A stretch of DNA of 57,949 bases from a virus (Duplodnaviria; Caudoviricetes), in IMG/VR virus record IMGVR_UViG_3300010158_000078, positions 1-57,949 of that record, one strand, 5' to 3'. The position numbers and the translations under genes are program-made. The notes under the pieces are model-generated. The model was not told the DNA's origin. It saw only the letters and a program-made list of their open reading frames with translations, and did not search any database. Below are positions 11,101 through 19,640 of the stretch, in pieces (the first letter of the stretch is position 1; each line of letters starts with the position of its first letter).

Positions 11101-12498
11101 GGTGCTCCTATGTATTTAGGAAGCAGAGTAAATGCAGTTTCACAACAAGAATATAAGCAAACACTTAGATACGCATCTATTACCTATAGTGGAGTATACA
11201 ATGCTGAGAGCAATATAAACAAGTTAAACGAGTTTAATCTTGGATTAGCTAACTATAAGGACTTGCAAAAGTCGTTTGGGCCAATACAGGTATTGTACGC
11301 AAGAGCGACTGATATTTTAACTCTTCAAGAGGATAAGATATCTTATGTTTTACAAGGCAAGAACTTATTATCTGATGCTGCTGCTGGAGGTGCAATTACA
11401 TCTATACCAGAGGTTTTAGGTACGCAGATAGCTAGGATTGAGAATTTTGGAATAAGTCATAATCCAGAAAGCTTTGCAACATGGGGATCAGAGATGGTTT
11501 GGACAGATGCTAAGAGATCATCTATTCTTAAGCTAACAGGTAGTTCTTACACTAACGATCAACTAGATGTTCTATCTGATATAAACATGAAGGTATGGTT
11601 TAGAGATTTGTTTAAAAACTCTTTTACAACTCAAAAACTTATGGCTTATGATCCATATATGGATGAGTTTGTTTTATCTAGTAATGAAAGACCAGTAATA
11701 GTAACTCAAACTGACCAACCTTGTGGATTAATATTCTCTCAAATAGACGCTAACGATAAGGTTGAGTTTGATGTAGATTTAGGAAACACAATAGGAAATG
11801 TAGTTTTTGATTATGATTTCTCTAAGGGGTATGCTGGATTAACAGTTGATTATGGATCAAGTAGGGTTATAGATACAAGAATAAATGAATCAGGTAGTGT
11901 TTATTTTTATAAAGATAATGCATTCCCTTCAATCGCACATGTTACTATAACACCTGTGGATGCAACTTATTCATTTACCTCTAACTGCCCTGATAATTTT
12001 GAGGTTACAGTTACTAGAATAGTTATTAATAATCATTCATACGTTAATCAAACTATTCACAACTCATATAATTGGACTCTTAACTCATTTACGTCTCCTA
12101 CATTGACGGATAATATAGTTATGGAGTCAGATGGTATATCATTATTTACTTCGCAAACAGGTATGTCATCAAACGGTGCGTTCCCAGTAGATGGCTCAGA
12201 CTTAAGAATGTATTCAAGTAAATTATCTGGAGATACTTATGTATTTAATGATAATAAATTTAGATATTTAATAACAGATACATTATATACTGAAGCTCAG
12301 ATAAATGATATAATAAATAGTTCTACTATAGTTACACCAGTATTAAATCCTAGTACAGGTATGTACAATGTAGATTTCACATATTCAAATCCATTAGGTT
12401 ATCCTTATGTTTACTTAATATGGGATTATAGAAATTCAAGTTCAATCAGTCTTTGTTATAGCGATGTAAGTGCAACAGATGTTTGCTGTAACTGTTAA
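8167..12498 (+). CDS. tail stabilization/nozzle protein (P22 gp10/crAss muzzle-like), N-terminal part
   Basis: 1443 aa; MNKSYDKRLLPEGEYIDAMNIR start; LFWTDNLNPPRKINI, FAYRYKYKDNEYSALS and GISHNPESFA motifs. Confidence 0.75.
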   Translation: MDSRVSFVKGRMNKSYDKRLLPEGEYIDAMNIRLGSTEDNSVGVIENTKGNILLAQLRYEGNLLSTNALCIGAYESGDRETIFWFVTDPGVVDMIVSYNTETSLLLYHVISTTVLNFNSDYLITGINLIDKYLFWTDNLNPPRKINIARTYYPPVSGVDIITVEDVNVIVAPPLEAPKVQMVSISGGENFIENVFISFAYRYKYKDNEYSALSQFTDVAFEPGQFKLNYSTYDNSGMENIFNAANVTFNTGDSNVIGIDLCFKFSDGNIVNIVEKYIKNEQGWGNNSTQSILFDNKKIYTTLPESELLRLYDNVPHIAKSQTTMGNRIMYGNYIDGYNIHDDNDKPIAIKYNLDLISENIDYKNLLTTSINAPYNISGSTINIDHTLYSIDFGSNPLLKQGSSLLINFNLQHVSFQGGGYEDASAPLNNFSYTLLFNLQQDYLNVADLASSDQFRKLITSNPPLGMSHCNDGFSVTDYFNCSMLAKSGWEKYSSGVNNLGEGFVIEPVTPGTNIIKIQIPAVVYRNISDPSLLAYEYLENVYTLASFNKAGNKRSLHSNRDYEVGIVYMDEYNRSTTALVCNTNTLFIPESKSITKNFLRASIPAGTHPPYWATRYKWVIKPSKTDYQTIYTNLYYPDPSNAAIWFYLEGDNRSKVKENDLIIVKTDSNGPLTSLVKAKVLGLKYKLYGDLGSGTSPEGSYMKIKPSSFYALYDQATFIQRIGDFLYTAPNNIFSQVPRVSICNLYTETSTVGVYKAIPIKAGSRVRIRLFCERAGSGHTGGGRIYLYDKTFVASNDYYNLHEYVIGDQIDLTSGIYDGTDDDAFHMHTIFNNPVDTYIPYINYTSALQLISIDKTNQIQFFHGDNGEFYIGLGSGTPAAGGHSSGSSITVEIQEPNNIIVFETEPNDADGEKFYEGSENFQIINGLHQGSSFPNTEGGINVPHNQTTTDPAVCNLGFFNCFTFGNGVESYKIDDSLTGAPMYLGSRVNAVSQQEYKQTLRYASITYSGVYNAESNINKLNEFNLGLANYKDLQKSFGPIQVLYARATDILTLQEDKISYVLQGKNLLSDAAAGGAITSIPEVLGTQIARIENFGISHNPESFATWGSEMVWTDAKRSSILKLTGSSYTNDQLDVLSDINMKVWFRDLFKNSFTTQKLMAYDPYMDEFVLSSNERPVIVTQTDQPCGLIFSQIDANDKVEFDVDLGNTIGNVVFDYDFSKGYAGLTVDYGSSRVIDTRINESGSVYFYKDNAFPSIAHVTITPVDATYSFTSNCPDNFEVTVTRIVINNHSYVNQTIHNSYNWTLNSFTSPTLTDNIVMESDGISLFTSQTGMSSNGAFPVDGSDLRMYSSKLSGDTYVFNDNKFRYLITDTLYTEAQINDIINSSTIVTPVLNPSTGMYNVDFTYSNPLGYPYVYLIWDYRNSSSISLCYSDVSATDVCCNC

Positions 12499-12508
12499 AT
12501 AAAATAAT

Positions 12509-13192
12509 ATGTATTATATAGATTCACCATCATTCTCAACTGCAACAGCAGTTTATACAGACGAGTTACTAACTGTAAAGGCTCCAGACGGATTTTATAA
12601 GTTCGAGTCAGGATATAGAGAGCAGTTATCAGGATTGCTACTTAATAATATAGAGTGCACTGCATGTATAGATTGTAAGCAATTAGTATTAGTTGATGTA
12701 AAAACAGGTCAAGCATTTAGTATTAAATTTACTGATTGCTGGGGTTATGATCATACATTAAGCTTCCCTAGCGATCCTGAATATCAACAAGGTCATGTTA
12801 GAGTTATTGATTTAATTGATTATAACTTATGTGTTAAAAACGCATCTGTGTATAGTCCAAACACTGGATATTTTTATGCTGAATACGGAGAGTCTACAAG
12901 TTGTAATATATCAACAGGTCTTGTTCAATCTTCATTATGTAGTTCAGGATCCGAAACTCCAACAGGATGCGATATTGATTGCTCATTAATAGAGTCATCA
13001 TTTAATGTGTACATACCAAATATAGTATCGAATCACTTAATCAATGGAACTATAGTATATGCGTCTAATAATATAGCGGATCCAATTACTGGAGGTGATC
13101 TATACTATAAAGTGACCTATAAAAATATAATTTACGGGGTAAGAATAAGTGACACAGGAGTAATTAGCGAATTAACATATTGTAACCCATAA
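12509..13192 (+). CDS. Cys-rich virion-associated protein
   Basis: 227 aa with many Cys, beta-rich, inside the tail block. Confidence 0.55.
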   Translation: MYYIDSPSFSTATAVYTDELLTVKAPDGFYKFESGYREQLSGLLLNNIECTACIDCKQLVLVDVKTGQAFSIKFTDCWGYDHTLSFPSDPEYQQGHVRVIDLIDYNLCVKNASVYSPNTGYFYAEYGESTSCNISTGLVQSSLCSSGSETPTGCDIDCSLIESSFNVYIPNIVSNHLINGTIVYASNNIADPITGGDLYYKVTYKNIIYGVRISDTGVISELTYCNP

Positions 13193-13974
13193 TGAGTAAC
13201 TACACACTATCGCATAGCAAGTTTGTCCAAGGATGGACATCATTCTATTCCTATTATCCAGATATGATGATAGGCATGAACTCTCATCTATACTCATTTA
13301 AGGGAGGTAACTTATACCAGCATAATGAGAACCCATATAGAAATACATTCTATCAAGAATGGTGGAATCAAATGGGCCATCCAGGGGACGCATTTACTCC
13401 TTCAAGAGTTAAGAGTGTGTTTAATGATGATCCATTTACCATCAAGAACTTTAAAACGTTCTACATGGAGACTGATCATGCTTGGGATTTAACTGTTGAA
13501 ACAGATACCGCGACTGGATTTATAAACTCTTCATTCTTTCAGAGTAAAGAGAATCTATATTTTGGTTTTATTAGAAGATATGCAAATGATGACAGCATAA
13601 GACTTAGATCATGCCAAGGGATTGGAGCCGTTACAACGGTTAATTTAACAGTGCCAACAGCTGTAACTCTTACATTTACATTTAATCTAGGATCAATCAT
13701 AAGTATTGGAGATATAGCATATAAAAATAGTTCTGGAGCTGTAATAAAACTTGGAAAGATTACCAATGTTGTTAATAACATTGTTACCATAGATACAACA
13801 GTTCCAGGAGGAAGCACTCCTTCTAATGGAGATTTTATACTTTACTTGAAAAATGCAACAGCAGAATCTTATGGAGCTAGAGGATATTATATGGGATTTG
13901 AATTAACTAATGGTAATAATGATAGGGTTGAACTATTTGGTGTAGGATCAAGTCTATTTAAAAGTTATCCATAA
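13192..13974 (+). CDS. nozzle/stabilization protein C-terminal module
   Basis: Begins TLSHSKFVQGWTSFYSYYPDMMIGMNSHLYSFKGGNLYQHN, resembling the C-terminal portion of muzzle-type proteins. Confidence 0.55.
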   Translation: MSNYTLSHSKFVQGWTSFYSYYPDMMIGMNSHLYSFKGGNLYQHNENPYRNTFYQEWWNQMGHPGDAFTPSRVKSVFNDDPFTIKNFKTFYMETDHAWDLTVETDTATGFINSSFFQSKENLYFGFIRRYANDDSIRLRSCQGIGAVTTVNLTVPTAVTLTFTFNLGSIISIGDIAYKNSSGAVIKLGKITNVVNNIVTIDTTVPGGSTPSNGDFILYLKNATAESYGARGYYMGFELTNGNNDRVELFGVGSSLFKSYP

Positions 13975-13981
13975 TTTTTAC

Positions 13982-13989
13982 TATCTTTG
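13982..13989 (+). promoter_or_regulatory. -7 promoter box (TATCTTTG)
   Basis: TAnnTTTG immediately before the 13994 start. Confidence 0.5.
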
Positions 13990-13993
13990 TGGA

Positions 13994-14389
13994 ATGTTAA
14001 GATGGAGACTAGAGAACAAGGCAACATTCTATGATACACTTGTAAAGTGGTGGTCTGACTGGTATTTTCCAGTTGTAGGATATAGCTCACTTCCAGAGAG
14101 AATATTTGTTGTTAGTTATGATGATACGGATCTATATGCTATTCCTGTATATGTTGGAGATAGTGATATTTGTTGGACAGGATTTATAACTGGTAATAAG
14201 AATACAACTAAAGAACAAAGAACAGGAGCTCTTGACTATCTGTTAGATAAGATTGAGACATGTATGAAATATAATGGGTTCAAGGTTATAATAGCTATAA
14301 GTGGAACTCCATCATTAAAAAAAATATTTAAAGATAATAAATACGAAATCTCTTCTGGAGATACTAACGAATACATAAAAAGAATATGA
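13994..14389 (+). CDS. hypothetical protein, possibly GNAT-fold virion assembly protein
   Basis: 131 aa in the position of T7 gp13-like genes, ahead of the ejection proteins. Confidence 0.4.
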   Translation: MLRWRLENKATFYDTLVKWWSDWYFPVVGYSSLPERIFVVSYDDTDLYAIPVYVGDSDICWTGFITGNKNTTKEQRTGALDYLLDKIETCMKYNGFKVIIAISGTPSLKKIFKDNKYEISSGDTNEYIKRI

Positions 14390-15159
14390 GTGCAGAAGCA
14401 GCAACAGGAGCAGCAGGAGCAGCAGGAGCAGCAGCAAGTACTACCCCTTATGGTCAAATAGCAGGGCTTGGATTAGGTATAGGAATGAGTTTATACCAAG
14501 CTTCAGAACAAGCAGGGGCAGCAAGAAACTTTCAAGCAAAACAAGATCAAGCTATAGCTGAAGCTAAACGTCAGGCTGGAGCAAATTTTATGCAGAATAT
14601 ATCTGCTCCAACAGAGGCTTATCAGGCAGCTATGAGAGAAGGTACTGCACAGCAAATGCAAGCACTTCAAGCTGGAACTGAAGGAGATGTAAGAAACTTA
14701 CAAGGTATTGTTGGAAGAACAAACGAGGCAGCTACAGATTTTGACTTTGGTCAGAGAGATAAGATGGCTAAGGATTTATATGATCTACACATGGCTCAGG
14801 CTAAAGAACAGAAACAATCAGCAACTAATTTAGCTGAAATAGGTCTTGAAGAAGCTTCTGGAGCTGGTCTTGCTAAACAACAAGCAGAGAAGGCTAATGC
14901 ATTATCTAATGCTAATGCTTCAAAAGGAGTTGAAAAACTTGGGTTGCTTTGGGACAATAGTAAAAAGGCTTTTCCTGCTCAAAAAACTGGTGAACAAGGA
15001 ATAGGTGACGCTACTATTTCTGGAGGAATGGCACCATATACATCACAAAATATGGATGTTATAGGAAACAAAAATAATGGTAGTTATCAATCAACAGCTT
15101 TTAATATTGATCAAAATTTACTTCCTGGTTTAATTGGATTTAATAAAAGACCTATATAA
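14386..15159 (+). CDS. putative DNA ejection/pilot protein
   Basis: 257 aa, Ala/Gly/Gln-rich with a hydrophobic N-terminal segment. Confidence 0.55.
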   Translation: MSAEAATGAAGAAGAAASTTPYGQIAGLGLGIGMSLYQASEQAGAARNFQAKQDQAIAEAKRQAGANFMQNISAPTEAYQAAMREGTAQQMQALQAGTEGDVRNLQGIVGRTNEAATDFDFGQRDKMAKDLYDLHMAQAKEQKQSATNLAEIGLEEASGAGLAKQQAEKANALSNANASKGVEKLGLLWDNSKKAFPAQKTGEQGIGDATISGGMAPYTSQNMDVIGNKNNGSYQSTAFNIDQNLLPGLIGFNKRPI

Positions 15160-15162
15160 TTT

Positions 15163-16677
15163 ATGTCAGAATACGGAAGAAAGGATTGGAGCGAAGTAAC
15201 TGCCAACCCCATTGTTGATTGGGGAAAGCTAACTACTGATTTTTCTGAAAAACTTGAAGCTCAAGAGAAGGTTAGATCAGATTATAGACAAAAGATAGCT
15301 GATGATACGTCTAAGGCTCTTAATGATGTTCAGACCTATAGTGCTGGTAATAATCAAAATGTAAATACAGCTCTTTTTGGAGCGTCAAATGCAGCAACTT
15401 CATTATTAAAAGCTCAATATGATCTTGTTAAAAAAGGTCAAGCAGATCCTAGACAGTTTCAGATGGTACTTAAAACTACTCAAGATTCTTTTTCAAATAT
15501 AAAAAAAATAGGGGAAACATGGAATCAAAGAGCTGCTACACTTGAAGACAGAACTAATAAAGGTCTAAACTCAAAGGTTGAGATTGATTATGCTAAATTA
15601 GACTCTGGATTAGAACAATTTCAAAATTTAAAACTTATTCCAGATTCAACTGGTGTTATGTATGCATATAGAACAAAAGATGACGGTAGTATAGATACAG
15701 AATATCCACCTATAGCACCTGATGTTTTATTAAATCCAGCTAATACACAAGTAGATAAGGTAGATGTTGCTAAGGAAACTGCTCCAGTTGCTAAAACTGT
15801 AGAAGATTATATAACTAAAACAGGATCAAGATCTTTAGGGGAGTTTAAAAATGATCCTATGCAGAAAGATAGATATGATGAGTTTGCTAACGGAGCCGCT
15901 AACACTATAACAGCTACTCCTAATAGAACTATGTCTGTTCTTGTAGATGGCATGGGATACGAAACTGTATACACAGAGGAAGCTCATAAAGCAAATCCTA
16001 AGGCTGTATATATAAAAACAGTTAATGGAATAAGAACTCCTCAGATAACTGACGTTCAAAAGAAAGCAGCTCAAGAACACGTGAAAGCTACTTTAGAATC
16101 TCAGCTTAAGTTTGAAGAAAAACAACAGTACCAACCAAAGAGACCACAAATAGTGAAAGCTCCTGAAGGACCTAAAGGTGAGAAGGCTCCAGAAGTAGTT
16201 ACATTAAATGATGTAATTCCTTCTAACCCTCTTGTTAAAACAACTTCTGAAGGTAAAAAAGTAACTGGAGGATATAAGTTTATTTTAAAACAACCATTAG
16301 TTGATGAATCTACTGGTGTAAAACAATCTCTAAGAGCTATATCTATAGATCCAACAGATGGATCTTTAACTATGGATTTAGAAACTGGCGAAACTACAAA
16401 GGGAGCCAAAGGGACTGCTACAGAAAGAGTATCTACAAAATCTAAAGTTCTTCAAAAAGGAGGAAAGGTTAAGCCAGCAGAAATAGATAAGATTAATACA
16501 TTTGTTCGTAAAATATATAACCCAGAAACACAACAATATTTACAAGATTGGAATGAGTTATACGATATGTATTCTGGTAGTATATCTAAGTTAAAAGGAA
16601 CCCAGAAACCAACTAGAACAAGTGGTGGTTTTGATGCCGATGCTTACTATAAAAGTGTAATGAAAGGTAAAAAATAA
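15163..16677 (+). CDS. putative internal virion/ejection protein
   Basis: 504 aa, in the cluster of large charged proteins after the tail genes. Confidence 0.5.
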   Translation: MSEYGRKDWSEVTANPIVDWGKLTTDFSEKLEAQEKVRSDYRQKIADDTSKALNDVQTYSAGNNQNVNTALFGASNAATSLLKAQYDLVKKGQADPRQFQMVLKTTQDSFSNIKKIGETWNQRAATLEDRTNKGLNSKVEIDYAKLDSGLEQFQNLKLIPDSTGVMYAYRTKDDGSIDTEYPPIAPDVLLNPANTQVDKVDVAKETAPVAKTVEDYITKTGSRSLGEFKNDPMQKDRYDEFANGAANTITATPNRTMSVLVDGMGYETVYTEEAHKANPKAVYIKTVNGIRTPQITDVQKKAAQEHVKATLESQLKFEEKQQYQPKRPQIVKAPEGPKGEKAPEVVTLNDVIPSNPLVKTTSEGKKVTGGYKFILKQPLVDESTGVKQSLRAISIDPTDGSLTMDLETGETTKGAKGTATERVSTKSKVLQKGGKVKPAEIDKINTFVRKIYNPETQQYLQDWNELYDMYSGSISKLKGTQKPTRTSGGFDADAYYKSVMKGKK

Positions 16678-19130
16678 TGGACGAGCAATTAAGAAAACTT
16701 ATAGAAGGAGCTAAAGCACAAGGAGCTACTAACGAAGATATTAAAAGAATAATTGATATGTACGTTGCTGACTCAAAAAAAAAAAGAGTTTCAGAACCTA
16801 TTGCAGCTCAAAAACCTTTGGCTTCCAGTACACAACCCACAAAGCCAGCTACTTCGTTGGCTACAGAAGAACCAGAACAAGCACAGGCTTCGGATGGTTT
16901 AGGTGGACCAGCTAAAAATCCATTTGGACAAGAACAAAAACCTGTAGAATTAGGAGGGTTTGCTGTTAATCAGCAACCAGTGCAAGCTAAACCAGAACAA
17001 AGGGTTAGTTTAGATGAAAAGATGAATAGATTTCTGAAATCTAATACATCAAAAACTCCTATAGAAACTACTGAGGAAGAAAAACCAAATATGGAAGGCT
17101 TATGGCCTGTAAGAAAATCAGATAAAGATCATTACCATCCTGAAGAAGGAGTACTAAAGAAAGCAGGTAAATATGCTTTAGGAACTCTTGCTTCAGCAGC
17201 TATGAGTGCAAATGAATGGGGAGAAAGTCTTGTAAAATCTGCAGCAGCAGATATGAGATATGCAGGATTAGATGAATCAAAAGCACCTAAACTAAATAAA
17301 GTAGTAGATAAAAATGGAAAACCTCAATATACTATTGAATTAAACGCTCTTCATCCTGAAAATAAAGCAGGTTGGTTTGGTACAATAATGAACTCTGTTT
17401 TATCCCCTGATCAAAAAAAATCCGTTATAACTTCTTTAGATAATAAAGCTAAACAAATACAGAACTATAATGATATGTTACAAATGTATCAGAAAGATGT
17501 TCAAGGAGATAATATTCCAACGAAGATTGTAAATGGTATAGTTGGATTTGTTCCTGATTTATTAGTTGCGGCTGCAGTAGATAACCCTGAACTTGCTACG
17601 GCAAAAGCAGCTAAATGGACAGAGGCAGCTACAGCAAAAGCACTTCCGTTAATAGAAAAATATGCTCCAAAAGCATTAGGTATAGCAGAAAAATATCTTC
17701 CAAAAGCATCTAAAATAGTAGCAGAAGGAGCTAATTCATCATTAACAAAAGTAATAGCTGCTAAGGAAGGATTAAGAGAGATGGGAGAGTCAAAAAAAGG
17801 AGAGAACCCATACATGAATTTAGTAGAAGGAAGTGTTAAGGGTGGAATGGAAGGTTTATATATGCATGGCTTAGGTGCTGCTGCTGGAGGTGTAGCAAAA
17901 CCTTTATCTAAAGTAATTTCTAAATCTGGAATAAATAGTGCTATAGCAATGGCTATATCTACACCTCTTGCTAATGCGGGTGTTTTTACTGCAGCAAGAA
18001 CAATAAGAAAAGGTATAGAAGAAGGCAAATTAATAACTCCAGAAGAAGCAGCTACTGAAGCTGGAACAGGTGTAGGATTTAGTTTACTTCATCTTGGAAC
18101 TCAATATAATGATCATGAAAAATTAAATAATTATTATGATAATGTATTGCAAAATGATACAGCTGGTTCTCTTGGAAGGGTTTTAAATGAAACAAAAGAA
18201 AATCTAGATATAGCTCATAATCCAAAATTAAATGAAGAAGGGGTTAAAGAATTAGAAAGTGCTAGAGATGAATTACGCAATGCAATATTAAAAGAGCCTG
18301 ATTTAAGTAAAAAAGAAATTCTAGGTAATGAAGCTTTAACTATACAAAACCAATTAGATACTTATTCTGCTGTAAATGGCATCATAAAAAATAAAGATGC
18401 GGTTATTGATTCAATAAACTCAAACGAGCACCTAACAGAAGAGCAAAAAAGTTTTTACACTAAAAAAGCAGAAGCTATTGCAGATACTTATGATAATTCT
18501 GAATATGGTTTAAAGAAAAAAGAATTAAGTGCTAAAGTAGATGAGGCTCAAAAACAACTAGACGATGCAGCTACTAAATTTTCTAATGTAACAAAACCTT
18601 CTGATAGAGCTATAGCAAAGGCAAAAGTAGACAACAGAAGAAAAGAACTAGAAGATTTAAACGGACAGTTAGTTGATTTGGTAAGCACTAAACCAGTGAA
18701 AGAGGCTCCTGTGGCTAAGGAAGAAGTTAAACCTATAGAAGAAAATAAACCTATAGAAGAAGTAAAACTTGATTATAAACTTCCTAAAGACTCAGACGTA
18801 AACACAATGACCGTTGTTGAGAATGATGGTAAGTTTTTAATTGGAGATTATACAGAGAAAACAGAGACGAGTAATCCTGTTTTAAAACCTGTATCCGATT
18901 TAGAAAATAATCCTTTGTCTTTTGATTCTAAAGAAGAAGCACAAGCTAAATTAGATGAGATTAAAAATCCTATTGAGGAGATAGCGAAACCTACCGAAGA
19001 AAAAGTCGTACCTTTGCATGAAACTTTAGCTGGTCTGGAAGGACTTGGAAGTATAACAAAGCTAAGAGGAATAAACGAGAATATGAATAGAATAATAAAA
19101 GAATTAAAATTAGAAACTAAAAACTGTTAA
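16677..19130 (+). CDS. putative large ejection protein
   Basis: 817 aa; Gly/Ala-rich helical middle region and coiled coils. Confidence 0.5.
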   Translation: MDEQLRKLIEGAKAQGATNEDIKRIIDMYVADSKKKRVSEPIAAQKPLASSTQPTKPATSLATEEPEQAQASDGLGGPAKNPFGQEQKPVELGGFAVNQQPVQAKPEQRVSLDEKMNRFLKSNTSKTPIETTEEEKPNMEGLWPVRKSDKDHYHPEEGVLKKAGKYALGTLASAAMSANEWGESLVKSAAADMRYAGLDESKAPKLNKVVDKNGKPQYTIELNALHPENKAGWFGTIMNSVLSPDQKKSVITSLDNKAKQIQNYNDMLQMYQKDVQGDNIPTKIVNGIVGFVPDLLVAAAVDNPELATAKAAKWTEAATAKALPLIEKYAPKALGIAEKYLPKASKIVAEGANSSLTKVIAAKEGLREMGESKKGENPYMNLVEGSVKGGMEGLYMHGLGAAAGGVAKPLSKVISKSGINSAIAMAISTPLANAGVFTAARTIRKGIEEGKLITPEEAATEAGTGVGFSLLHLGTQYNDHEKLNNYYDNVLQNDTAGSLGRVLNETKENLDIAHNPKLNEEGVKELESARDELRNAILKEPDLSKKEILGNEALTIQNQLDTYSAVNGIIKNKDAVIDSINSNEHLTEEQKSFYTKKAEAIADTYDNSEYGLKKKELSAKVDEAQKQLDDAATKFSNVTKPSDRAIAKAKVDNRRKELEDLNGQLVDLVSTKPVKEAPVAKEEVKPIEENKPIEEVKLDYKLPKDSDVNTMTVVENDGKFLIGDYTEKTETSNPVLKPVSDLENNPLSFDSKEEAQAKLDEIKNPIEEIAKPTEEKVVPLHETLAGLEGLGSITKLRGINENMNRIIKELKLETKNC
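19009..19016 (+). promoter_or_regulatory. internal -7 box (TACCTTTG) upstream of ferritin
   Basis: TAnnTTTG inside the upstream CDS, about 120 nt before the ferritin ATG. Confidence 0.35.
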
Positions 19131-19133
19131 GAA

Positions 19134-19637
19134 ATGTTAAAGCCAGAAAAACTAAGTAAAGAGGTAGTAGATTTATTATTACTAAGAATAAAGGATGAAT
19201 TTACCGCGTTCTATTTTTATAGATCAGCTACTAACTGGTGTCAAGATAAAGGTTTCTTTATTGCTGCTAAGTTCTTCGCTGCTGAAAGCACTGACGAGTT
19301 GACACATGCTAAAAAACTTGAGTCTTATATAGTGGACTGGAATGTTCTTCCTGTACTTCCAACTATTCAAGCTCCTGCTATTGAATTTAAAGGTATTGCT
19401 GACGTTATCCAGAAAGCATACGAGATGGAATATAATCTTTACGAAGCATATGAGGATACTTCTATGAAGATATTCAAGACTGGAGACCTATGCGTTTTTG
19501 ATTTCTTACAATTCTATAGAACAACACAGAAAGAAGCTGTTGCTGAGTATAGCGATAAGCTTAACGTACTTGATGGTACAAATGTTGGAGATAAGTTCCA
19601 AATGTTAATGTTGGAAGAAACTTTATTTGAAGGATAA
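19134..19637 (+). CDS. ftn: ferritin-like protein
   Basis: 167 aa; E…Y, ESTDELTHA (ExxH), AYEMEY and FLQFY…Q..E ferroxidase-type pattern. Confidence 0.85.
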   Translation: MLKPEKLSKEVVDLLLLRIKDEFTAFYFYRSATNWCQDKGFFIAAKFFAAESTDELTHAKKLESYIVDWNVLPVLPTIQAPAIEFKGIADVIQKAYEMEYNLYEAYEDTSMKIFKTGDLCVFDFLQFYRTTQKEAVAEYSDKLNVLDGTNVGDKFQMLMLEETLFEG

Positions 19638-19640
19638 ATC

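Noticed and set aside
14398-14436. GCAGGAGCA tandem repeat
   Set aside because: Encodes the AAGAAGAAA low-complexity N-terminus of a protein; not an independent element.
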